Source: Coraliomargaritaceae bacterium
GTDB taxonomy: Bacteria > Verrucomicrobiota > Verrucomicrobiia > Opitutales > Coraliomargaritaceae
DNA: 49,085 nt
Direction of reading: 5' to 3'
NCBI GenBank assembly: GCA_965656495.1
Contig: CBFHKU010000005.1
Location: 1-49,085, forward strand
The notes under the pieces were generated by a model. That model did not search any database, was not told the origin of the DNA, and saw nothing but the letters and a program-made list of their open reading frames with translations. Each line of letters opens with the position of its first letter. Within the stretch, counting starts at the first letter, position 1. This document shows positions 33,073-42,300 of the stretch, in pieces. A program made the translations under genes and the position numbers.

Positions 33073-33706
33073 ACGGTTCATAGGTTTTCAGTGCTCCTGC
33101 AATAATCGGTTTAGCCCATTCGGGTGCATGGGAAAGCTCAGGCCCAACCAGCTTTTGTGATTCGATGTGAAGGAGCAGTTTGGGCTGTGGCTTTTTGCCT
33201 CTTTTTGGATCTGCCTCTTTGGAATTATCGTAGAGTCGCAGGCTGTCGATGTGCGGCAAAAGCCTAATGAGGTTGCGTCGACTCCCATTCCAGCGCTTGC
33301 GAATGTCCTTCTCCGGGATGTCGTGGCCACCGGCATCAACCCGTGCTTTCACGCGGGCGATGTTCAGTTCCACGGATTCGAGTCCCGCATACCAGATTTT
33401 GACTTTGATGCCTGCCTTGGCGGCTTTGATGAGTAGGCTTGTAATGGTGTTTCCGCCAAGGGTTGCCTCGAAGGCAAAGGACTCGTTTTCGGCGATAGCC
33501 TTTTGCAGCATTTCCTTACCCAGCATCCAGGCATGCCCATTGGCGATTCGCTGCGTCATGTCAGGATGCATTGCCTTTAGTTGTTTGGCGGCCTCGTCTG
33601 GATTATGATAGATAAGGCCGTGCGACTCGATTGCAGCACCGCCAATGCTGCTTTTGCCTGAGCCGTTGACACCGGCAAGGACGTAAATGGTGGGCACTGC
33701 CATCAC
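33071..33706 (-). CDS. Zeta-toxin-like P-loop kinase (AAA_33/zeta family)
   Basis: LAGVNGSGKS Walker A, NPD, FAFEATL and RV..RV.AGGHDIP. Confidence 0.85.
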   Translation of the reverse strand: MMAVPTIYVLAGVNGSGKSSIGGAAIESHGLIYHNPDEAAKQLKAMHPDMTQRIANGHAWMLGKEMLQKAIAENESFAFEATLGGNTITSLLIKAAKAGIKVKIWYAGLESVELNIARVKARVDAGGHDIPEKDIRKRWNGSRRNLIRLLPHIDSLRLYDNSKEADPKRGKKPQPKLLLHIESQKLVGPELSHAPEWAKPIIAGALKTYEP

Positions 33707-34056
33707 TCGCTGAGCGCTCTTTTAGCAGCAACTTTTCCCAGTTCCTTTGGAGCGCAGTTGAAAGCGTCTTCGTAGGCAACCGCAGCTTCTGGATTTTGCA
33801 TGGCAGCAAAGCGCTTGTCGTAATCCTTCCGGAGTATTTCAAGGGGATCCCGGCTGGCGAGTTCCTTGATGATCTGATCATAAAGATCCGCAGACAGCAA
33901 AATTGCCTCGCGTTTCCTGTTGCGTGTGATGCTAACCGGCCCCGATTCCAATGCCTTTTGAAAGACGCTCTTGAAAGTGTTCTTCAAGTCTGTGGAAGGC
34001 GAGGTTGGCAGCTCGCGGGACGTGTGCAGCGAGTGGATATCTTGTGCGGATGGCAT
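33703..34056 (-). CDS. Phd/YefM-like antitoxin
   Basis: STDLKNTF...GPVSITRNRKREAILLS Phd pattern. Overlaps the toxin start; start chosen from promoter geometry. Confidence 0.8.
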   Translation of the reverse strand: MPSAQDIHSLHTSRELPTSPSTDLKNTFKSVFQKALESGPVSITRNRKREAILLSADLYDQIIKELASRDPLEILRKDYDKRFAAMQNPEAAVAYEDAFNCAPKELGKVAAKRALSE

Positions 34057-34057
34057 A

Positions 34058-34091
34058 ATGGCAAATATGGCAAAATTTGCCATTAAGTCAA
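34058..34091 (-). promoter_or_regulatory. TA promoter with palindromic operator
   Basis: TTGACT, 16 nt, CATATT, 7 nt, ATG. ATGGCAAA-A-TTTGCCAT at 34067-34083 plus a half-site at 34058-34065. Confidence 0.7.
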
Positions 34092-34541
34092 CTTTGATCG
34101 TGCCAAGGGTACTTTTTCTTGAAATCGCCACGCGCTGAACTGGAAGGCTTTAATTGCTTCGGTTTTGCCAGGCGCGACTAAAGCGCAAGCTGCCTGTTGC
34201 GTTAGGGAAGGGTGGAATCCGTTTCACGGCAGTATGCGGGCTATCCACATTTGTAAAATCCGCGTAATTGGTAGTTTCTTTTTTTAACTACGGATCGCAC
34301 GGATTTCCTTTCTCAAACGTACCCCCGAATCTCGCAGCTTTTTTTGCTTAAACCTTGGCTTCCTTAAATATTGCATCAGGCTCATCACTGCCACCTATCT
34401 CTGTGGATACGACCGGTGCGGTAGTCTCTGATACGGTAGAAGGTGACGGGGTTTGATATTTCGAATCCTGTGCCGCTGGAGCAGGCGCACCACCTGTTCC
34501 GGCGGATGACATCCTTGCCACCGCAGGCAAAGCCATCATAC

Positions 34542-34616
34542 CAACGCCGCCTGTGGTCAATTGCGGCTCAAGACTGAAAAAGCGATGGCGGAGTCCGAGC
34601 TCCTTCCCGGCAATCC
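34542..34616 (+). pseudogene. Diverged duplicate of rlmN 3' segment
   Basis: 75 bp colinear with 32245-32319, 7 mismatches of which 5 are synonymous in the rlmN frame. Confidence 0.88.
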
Positions 34617-34851
34617 TGCCGCTTTGCTTGTTGCTGAAAAGCGACAAGAGTGTCGCTTCTACTGCAAGTAATCGGATGAGTGCTCATGAGCGACTCTAAG
34701 CGTGCCGGACTCAGGGCAGCATGCGGGCTATCCACATTCGTAAAATCCGCGTAATTGGTAGTTTCTTTTTTAACTACGGATCACACGGATCGCACGGATT
34801 TCGGGAGTTAAAAGTTGAGAGTTCGCTGTTGGATCTTCGCGGTTCTTCGTC
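34608..34851. repeat. 244-bp direct repeat, copy 2 (begins in a truncated REP-A; REP-B at 34639-34662)
   Basis: Near-identical to 32829-33072. Confidence 0.9.
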
Positions 34852-34856
34852 TGCTT

Positions 34857-35231
34857 CTAACTTTTTTTGTATGGCGCAAAGGCAGTATCGATCATCGGGA
34901 AGTGCTTAATGTTGAGCGTTGCTAATTTCATTCCCTGCGACATGGCGGTAGCAGCAATGATGCAATCTGCCAGTCCACTCGAGTGAGACTTCCCGTATTC
35001 GCTTTTTAGAAGACCTGCTTTGATCGCGATGTCTCCAGTGATGGAGAAAACCCGCAGTTCGGAAACGAAAAGGTCTAGTAGCTCTCTTTCTTTTTTATTC
35101 CGAATGCCCTGATAGAGCTCCGCAATTGTCACCGAGCTTACCGAGACCACATCAACATTCCTTTCAATAAAATCTACTGCGAGGGGATTACCTTTTAGGT
35201 AATCGATCAACACATCGGTATCGACTAACAT
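34857..35231 (-). CDS. vapC: PIN-domain toxin VapC
   Basis: LVDTDVLID, TIAEL, LADCIIAATA and TLNIKHF. Confidence 0.9.
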   Translation of the reverse strand: MLVDTDVLIDYLKGNPLAVDFIERNVDVVSVSSVTIAELYQGIRNKKERELLDLFVSELRVFSITGDIAIKAGLLKSEYGKSHSSGLADCIIAATAMSQGMKLATLNIKHFPMIDTAFAPYKKS

Positions 35232-35233
35232 GA

Positions 35234-35464
35234 CTAAAACCTGTCGAAGTCAGACCTAAGCTCTTCAAGTGAAATAGCTTCGCGGTCCTGCCAGATGCCT
35301 TGTGCCTCTCTTATTCTCTCAAGTTTATCTTTGGGGTTCGATCTCACCAGAAACTCGTCGATCGCCTGACGTATCAGTTCGCTTTGTTTCTTTTGCAGAG
35401 AGCTTGCAAGACTGCTGATTCCGGCATGCTCTTCCTCAGTTAAATATATCTGAGTGCGTATCAT
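35234..35464 (-). CDS. Ribbon-helix-helix (CopG-like) antitoxin
   Basis: MIRTQIYLT...SELIRQAID. Promoter TTGACT-16-TACATT-7-ATG at 35472-35499. Confidence 0.85.
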   Translation of the reverse strand: MIRTQIYLTEEEHAGISSLASSLQKKQSELIRQAIDEFLVRSNPKDKLERIREAQGIWQDREAISLEELRSDFDRF

Positions 35465-35692
35465 ACACCGCAATGTATATGATCCTGTCCGGGAGTCAAG
35501 ATTCTCTTTTTATAAGGTAGAGAGGCGTCGGCGCCGAGGCGCAGCTCAGGTAGTGTTATAACAAAGTTATCGAATGCTGCATTTGATCTACGAGCAGAAA
35601 AAGGGATTGTTTGCCCGGCTTGGGGCAAGATGGTTGCCGAGGCCGTGACCGAGAAATTCTGGGGCATCATGCCGTCGAAGCAGCTATAGAAC

Positions 35693-37801
35693 CTACTTGT
35701 AGCTTTTTGCCTCTTCCATCGAGAGCAACTCATTCTGCGCGAGCTTGTAGGCTATCGCATAAGCAGAGCGCTTATGCTCGGCAGCTATCTCAGGGACTGG
35801 CTTCCCCTTCTTGAATTTATCGAATACCTCTTCTTTCTCCGCTGCGGGAAACGGTAGCCCATGGCGATCTGGTCGCCCGTTGGCACGATTCATTTCGATC
35901 CTCATTTCCTCAGTGAGTTTTTCCTTCTTGGGTTTTTCGACATTCACCTCCGATGGAGCTTCTTCTACCTCAGTGACTTCGCCCCCGTTGGCACGAATCC
36001 ACTGACGGATGACCTCCATAAAGGCCTCACCGTAGTCAGACAGCTTGCGCTTGCCGACCCCTGAAATCGCCAGAAAAGCCGAATCGCTCGTCGGTAAATC
36101 CGCTGCCATGTAGCGCAGCGACACATCCCCAAAAACCACATATGGAGGCACCCCGGCGGCATCCGCCAGTTCCTTTCTTAGTTGCCGCAGTTCCTGGAAA
36201 AGCCCCTCGTCACATTCCACCACGGCCCCCTTCGAGCTGACCTTCGGCTCCTTCACCGGCTTCAGAGCGGGCAATGTCAACACGATGCGTTGCTTCTGGT
36301 TCACTGCCTGAATTGCCCTTTTTGTAATCGTCAGTGTGCTGTAGCCATCATCCGAAAGCTGGAAATAGCCGTGCTGGGTCATCTGTTTCCCCAGCGCCAG
36401 CCAATACTCCGCAGGCTTATCCATGCCTTTCCCGTAGGCCCGCAACTTGTCATGCCCTTTCTGGATGACCTTTGCCGCCTTCGAGCCCCGCAGTACATCC
36501 ACCGCATGCTTCAGCCCCATCGGGTAGCCCCCGTCCGCGATCATATTCACGCAGTAGATCAGCTTTACTGCCCATTCCGTCACATCCTCCTGGCTTAGGT
36601 CGTCAACGCAATTGTCGCAGGTGCCACAGCGGCCACCCTCCAGCTCCTCCCCAAAGTAGCGCACCAGCGCCGCCCACCGGCAACTCGTGTTCTCGGAAAA
36701 ATCAGCCATCTGCCGCAGTTGCTGCTCAGCTATTCGTGCCGCATCCACGTCCTCCATCTCTGAGATAAACCGACGCAGCTTCAAAACATCACCCGCACCA
36801 TAGAGCAGTGTGCATTCCGATGGCAGCCCGTCACGCCCTGCGCGCCCCGTCTCCTGGTAAAAGCTCTCGATATTCTTCGGCAGATCTGCGTGGAGCACAT
36901 AGCGCACATTCGGCTTGTTGATCCCCATCCCGAAAGCCACCGTCGCACAGACCACCAAAACATCATCGCGAATAAACGCCTCCTGATTCGCCGCTCGCTG
37001 CTCGTCACTCAGACCCGCATGATAGGGCAACGCCTTGATCCCAAGGTCCTGGAGCGCAGCCGCATACTCCTCCGTCGTTTTTCGCGCCAGACAATACACG
37101 ATGCCTGATACATCCGGCCGCTCCTTCACGAAATTACAAACCTGCTGACGCACCTTCTTCTTCGGCCTCACCCGATAGCGCAAATTCGACCGATAAAAAC
37201 TTGCCACAAAGATCGCCGGGTTCTGCAAGGCCAACTGAGTGACGATATCCCGCCTTACACGTTCCGTCGCGGTCGCAGTCAACGCCACGAAAGGCACCCC
37301 AGGGAAATGCTTACGCAGCTCCGCCAGCTGTCGATACTCCGGCCTGAACTGGTGCCCCCATTCACTGATACAGTGCGCCTCATCAATCGCGATCGCGCTC
37401 ACCCGCCACCGCTTCAAATCCTCCAGAAAACCCTCCGCAAAGATCCGCTCCGGCGCCACATAGAGCAGCTTGTAGGCCCCCTTGTGCAGCCCCGCCAGCC
37501 GCTGCTGCGTTTCACTAAAGCTAATCGACGAGTTCAAAAACGTCGCCGCCACACCCGCCGCTTCCATCTGGTCCACCTGGTCCTTCATCAGCGCGATCAA
37601 GGGCGACACCACCACCGTCAGCCCCTCCCGCATCAAGGCTGGCAGCTGATAACACAGGCTCTTCCCGCCACCCGTCGGCAAAATCGCCAAAACATCGCGC
37701 CCGTCCAGTCCCGCCTTGATGATCGCCTCCTGCTTGGGGCGAAAGCTGTCATAACCAAAGACAGACTTTAAAGTTCCGGAAATATCGTACGTAACAGGCA
37801 T
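35693..37801 (-). CDS. recQ: DNA helicase RecQ with extra C-terminal HTH-like domain
   Basis: PTGGGKS, DEAHCISEWGH, ATVAFGMG, QETGRAGRDG, Zn motif CGTCDNC, RQC and HRDC (VPPYVVF). Start trimmed to MPVTY. Confidence 0.93.
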   Translation of the reverse strand: MPVTYDISGTLKSVFGYDSFRPKQEAIIKAGLDGRDVLAILPTGGGKSLCYQLPALMREGLTVVVSPLIALMKDQVDQMEAAGVAATFLNSSISFSETQQRLAGLHKGAYKLLYVAPERIFAEGFLEDLKRWRVSAIAIDEAHCISEWGHQFRPEYRQLAELRKHFPGVPFVALTATATERVRRDIVTQLALQNPAIFVASFYRSNLRYRVRPKKKVRQQVCNFVKERPDVSGIVYCLARKTTEEYAAALQDLGIKALPYHAGLSDEQRAANQEAFIRDDVLVVCATVAFGMGINKPNVRYVLHADLPKNIESFYQETGRAGRDGLPSECTLLYGAGDVLKLRRFISEMEDVDAARIAEQQLRQMADFSENTSCRWAALVRYFGEELEGGRCGTCDNCVDDLSQEDVTEWAVKLIYCVNMIADGGYPMGLKHAVDVLRGSKAAKVIQKGHDKLRAYGKGMDKPAEYWLALGKQMTQHGYFQLSDDGYSTLTITKRAIQAVNQKQRIVLTLPALKPVKEPKVSSKGAVVECDEGLFQELRQLRKELADAAGVPPYVVFGDVSLRYMAADLPTSDSAFLAISGVGKRKLSDYGEAFMEVIRQWIRANGGEVTEVEEAPSEVNVEKPKKEKLTEEMRIEMNRANGRPDRHGLPFPAAEKEEVFDKFKKGKPVPEIAAEHKRSAYAIAYKLAQNELLSMEEAKSYK

Positions 37802-37838
37802 CGCTTTTGAAATAGCCTCCAAAAAATATTTTAAACCA

Positions 37839-38435
37839 TTAATTGGTTGCCAGCCACTTCCGGCCCTTGTCGGAGATTTCCCAGACACCGTTGGGGGAAT
37901 CTTTCTTCATCCGGCCGTCGGTGTTGACCATCTTGTTGCGGGCCCATTGCGCTGAGTTGCGCCAGCGAATTTGTTTGTGGTTCGATTTGTGGCATTCGTA
38001 GTCGATAGGCTTTAGGGTGGCTTTCATTTTTTCGCCGACCCGGTCAAGCACGGTCTTGGTCTTGCCCTTACCGCCCATCTCGACCAGTACTTGGAGGATG
38101 GGCCTGCAGTAGTCTTCCTGTGGCGTGATCAGTCCCTTCTTCTTTTTACCGAAGAAGTGTTTGCTTACGATTTGCTGGACCTCGGGCGTCGCGGCGTCGC
38201 GGGCGTTTTCGAGGTCTTCCCACTCGTCGGCCAGCGCGGCCACTTTGTTTTGGAAGGCCACCAGCCTCTCGGCAAATTCAATTACCTGGCGGGCCGTCTC
38301 GAAGGCTCCGGCCTTCATGGCATCGGCGCCTTCTTCGCCGATCCGGGTCTTTTCTTCGGTCAGAGTTTCGGAGAGTAGCGCGAGGGCTTCGCCGACGTCG
38401 TTACCGGGATTGTGGGTGCTTTTCTTTTTAGGCAT
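37839..38435 (-). CDS. Coiled-coil + Mrr N-terminal winged-helix domain protein
   Basis: C-terminal half P...Y.RPIL.VL...RWRN..QWAR...GVWEISDKGR matches the Mrr_N pattern. No catalytic domain. Confidence 0.75.
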   Translation of the reverse strand: MPKKKSTHNPGNDVGEALALLSETLTEEKTRIGEEGADAMKAGAFETARQVIEFAERLVAFQNKVAALADEWEDLENARDAATPEVQQIVSKHFFGKKKKGLITPQEDYCRPILQVLVEMGGKGKTKTVLDRVGEKMKATLKPIDYECHKSNHKQIRWRNSAQWARNKMVNTDGRMKKDSPNGVWEISDKGRKWLATN

Positions 38436-38486
38436 ATTCGGGATGGATAGATTTTGTTGACAAATGGACTGAGTTGGAGTCTCTTA

Positions 38487-38556
38487 GTGGTGCTGTGAAT
38501 GAAATTCGGCCGCGTGCCGTGAGTGCCTTCGGGCTCCTATATTCACGGCTTTTTTA
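38487..38556 (-). ncRNA. Structured RNA candidate downstream of DUF3800-like remnant
   Basis: Stem GCCGTGA/TCACGGC (38516-38522 with 38543-38549) enclosing a GCC-CGAA-GGC hairpin. An alternative partner lies at 38492-38500. Confidence 0.5.
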
Positions 38557-38826
38557 TGCCCTCATGCTTTCGGGGGAAGGTGGTGGTGAGGCTTGGCCAG
38601 TTCTTCGGCGTGTAGAAGGTGCCCCCACTCGGACCGTGATGGAGGTCATGGATTTCAGCGATCTGGGACTGGAGCATATTGAGGTAGCGGTCCTCGCGGA
38701 TGATCTTTCCGTTCTGCGGGTGGGTGCGCGGCTCGTAGAAGCGTTGCACGGCCCGCTGCCGCGCTTCTTCCCGAACAGCACGGGGTCTCCGGATTCGTCG
38801 ACGAAACTGTAAATCGTGTCACTCAT
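38543..38826 (-). pseudogene. DUF3800-like gene remnant (internal deletion plus frameshift)
   Basis: N-terminus MSDTIYSFVDESGD (DUF3800-like DESG motif) is ATGA-coupled to the upstream gene. The frame shifts after ~26 aa and a C-terminal-like segment continues in another frame to 38543. Confidence 0.6.
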
Positions 38827-39311
38827 TCAGATTTTGCCTTTTCGGCCCGACGCTTTGCGCGCTTATTCCAATTTACGACCAAGTTACTTAAGACCTCACC
38901 TGTCTCACAGGAGACTCTCGTCATGTCCAGAAACTCATCAACGGGGAGTGTCGGAGTGCCGGGGTCTGAGCGAACGAGGTTGTGCACGATTTTATTCCTT
39001 TGCCTACGCCAAGTATCGATCAAGTCCCATACGCTTTCACCCTCGTCGCTCAAAAGCTCCTCATGCCCTCGAACTGCATCAGTGAGGTTGTGTAGGCTGT
39101 GATCCCAACCCTGCCTGTTTTTTAGGGGAAAGTTATGTGCCCCGTGCAAGAACGAGAGAATGCGGTCACTAATGATTGATTCGATGATCGCAGTGGCCTC
39201 GATATAGAAGTGATGCTCCTTGGCTGCCTTGATACGTGCCTTAGCTTCACGATAACTGTCCGCTTTTGCGATGTTACCTTTTTTTGCTGGTGATGGTAAG
39301 GATTTTCTCAT
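38823..39311 (-). CDS. HEPN-domain protein (putative RNase effector)
   Basis: All-helical 162 aa with YIEA...ES and the RxxxxH motif RNKIVH. ATGA-coupled to the MTase. Confidence 0.65.
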   Translation of the reverse strand: MRKSLPSPAKKGNIAKADSYREAKARIKAAKEHHFYIEATAIIESIISDRILSFLHGAHNFPLKNRQGWDHSLHNLTDAVRGHEELLSDEGESVWDLIDTWRRQRNKIVHNLVRSDPGTPTLPVDEFLDMTRVSCETGEVLSNLVVNWNKRAKRRAEKAKSE

Positions 39312-42300
39312 GGCTCGCCTTCTCTACTTTCTACTTGAAACGCACCGGGCCAGCCGCCGTGGGTTTCGATGACTTCGTCGATTTCGGCCATGAGGCGGAT
39401 GGTTTCGGTCAGGGCGATGACGATCTTGTGGTAGTGGGCGATGTCCTCCTGGGTCAGGATGCGGTCTTTCCTGTCTTTGAGCCACTTATGGCAGACTTGG
39501 TAGCCGCCGATGTGGAAGTTCCACACTTCCTCGGGGATAGGTGCGAAGCCGCTGGTGCCTACTTTGGGCTCCTTCGCAGTGCCTTTGCCGTCGATCCAGA
39601 CGGTGCCTCCGTTGTCGGGTGTGTAGGTGACTTTGCTGACTTGGGCGTCGTCTCCTATGAACTCGGTAATGGGTTCGTCAAGTGTAGGAGATTCCAGCAT
39701 GTGCAGAGCGGTGAGTTCGCAGCCGAGGCGGGCAAGTTCACGGAACAGTTCCAAGCTGCTGGTTAACGGTAGGCGTGGGAAATCAATCTTCAGAAACTCC
39801 GTGTAGCGGCTGCGGTAGCCGGGACTATGAAAGACCCCGTAGGCGTAGTGGAAGATGTCTTCGGGCGTCAGGCCGCGCGGCAAGTTGTGAGGTTGTGCCT
39901 GCGGTAAGTTAAGTGCGCTCGCCAGTTGTCGGAGAAATGCGGGTGCAAAGTTTGGCTCACCGTCATTGCCGAACGCTAGTTCTCCATCGCTCACGTATAT
40001 GTAAAGCGGATGAGCGTATCCGCGTTCGCGCGACTTATTCGAAACGTAGCAGTCATCTATGAGGCCGCGAGCAACAAGAATATGCGCCCAACCCTCGCTG
40101 ACGCATTGACGGCAGACATGAAATGCAACGTTGCTTCCCGCAAGCATGTGGCCCGAAACCTCTGGCCGCGGCCAATCAACCATCCAGTCGGCCCAATAGA
40201 CTTTGCGCTTGTCGAACGGGCGATAGCTACAGGTCTTGACGCGCTCCTTCCAATTTTCGTCGCCTGCGACCAGCTTACGCGCTTCGGGAAGTTTCCAACC
40301 GCGCGTATCACCGTCGGGATATTTGTTTGACCCGCAACCAGCGAAATGGGCCGCGCGAATGTCAGCGTCTGATTTCTTGAGATTTGCGAAATCGTCGATG
40401 CGCTCCAGCAATGCTGCCTTGTCGAGGTCCACAACGAAATGGTCGCGTGCGGTAATGAAGCCTGCACAATTTATCGGCATTGCCTCGTTAATCTTCCAAC
40501 CGCTGTCGTATTCGTCTCGGTAGTCAGTATTTTGAGGCTCAAAAAAGTAATACGGTGAGTCAGGTGTCAGTGCGACGAACCCACTGTTGGCTACGGAGCG
40601 CTTAGCGAGCCACGAGTATTTCGCCTCACGCAGGCCCCACAAATCCGCGTGTTCGACACCATTATTTGAACCGCCTCGCGTAGCAAGGCAAACGGCAACA
40701 CCCTGTTGGATGTCGAAGACATTCTTGTCGGTAACGCCAACGGGAGGATATTCGATTCTAGTAGTATTGCCATGCAGGTCAAGTGCGCGAAAGGAAGTGA
40801 ACGTGGTCATGAGGCTCTGCCGCATTCCTCGAAACGTCGGGTTGTCTAGATAGCTGTGATTCGTGATATAGCTAAAGAGACCGACCTTGCTGTTCTCGAT
40901 GGTTGTCTGCGCATTGCGGATAAACTTAACGTAGTCGTCTTGGAGCCAAACTTTCCTTTCATTTAGCGCAGCGCCATCGACGAACTTGTAAGCATCAACG
41001 ATGTGTTGCGCGTATTCGGACATGTTCGACGAGATTCCCGAATACGGTGGGTTGCCGATTACGACGGTGAAGCGCTTGCTACGTTTGATTTTGTTTACGA
41101 CAGCGGCTTCTTGAGCTAGTGCCTCAAAGTCTGGCAGGGCGAGCTGATTTTGCCATGGTTCCAATGCATTTGTGAGATAAATTTGAGCTCGTTCCTGGGA
41201 TTCGAAGCGGTAGCCCGTCTCGGCGAGTTTCAGACCGATCTTCATGTGAGCGATAGCGTAGGGAGCCATCATGAGCTCGTAGCCGTAGAGACGTGGCAAG
41301 AGTGATGCAGAGACGTAAACCTGCCAGTAGTCGACAAAGGATTTTGGCGGGGCACCGGCCTGCTTATCCTTCGGGATCTCTGGCATAGTCGGAAGACCAC
41401 CCTTTTCCCACATATTTTGGAGGTGTTGATGAACAACATCAATGACCTGGACAAGGAAGGTGGCGGTGCCGGTTGCGGGATCGAGGATCTGAACGAAGGG
41501 TTCGTCGGGGGAGATAGTCTCCTTGCAGTCAGGTTCGTCGGTGAGTGGAGGAAGTTTCAGATCAGAGTTGCGCTGGAGCATTTCGCCCCAGGTAGTCGTG
41601 TCGGCAAGGCCGTGCTTGAGATCGAATTCGGTTTGCAGGAGTTCGTGGACGCTACGGACGATATAGGACACTACGGGCTGCGGGGTATAGTAAACGCCGC
41701 GCCGCTTACGCTGCACTTTCTCGTATGCCTCTAGGAAATGCTCGTAGAAATGGATGACGGGGTCCTCGCCTCTTGTCTTGTTGTTAAAGTCGGCAAGGAT
41801 GGCAGGCATGTGGGTGTCGGGACTGGTGAGCAGATCGGTCACGTCACTCACGCCCATTTCATCAAAATCAAGGCCTCCCTGCTGCGCCTTGATACCGAGG
41901 AAGATGCTGAGCATATCGCGCAGGAAAGGGCTGGTGAAATAGTGGTTAAGGTCTTCCTTAGCAAAGGCAGTGCCGCCGTCTTCAAAGGAGCGTCGGCAAG
42001 CGAGGGAGAACAGTCCGTAGGTGACGGTTTGGGCAAACATGTCGGCAAAACCGGCATTGTCCATATCGTGAATCAGACAGTCCTGAAAGGCTTTCTGGAG
42101 TTGTCGTATCTGGCCGCCTGAGGTCTCGATTCGCAGAATATCCTCAAGGCGCTTACGGAGCAGTTTAGCTACGCGGGCAAGCTCCTCAGCGAGTTGGTCG
42201 GACTTGGTGATAGCGTGACGGTGGCGCAGGATAAAGGCCTTGGCCCAAGTCGCACGCCACTCGTCCTGATGATCCACATCATCAGGCCAGCGGAGATTCT

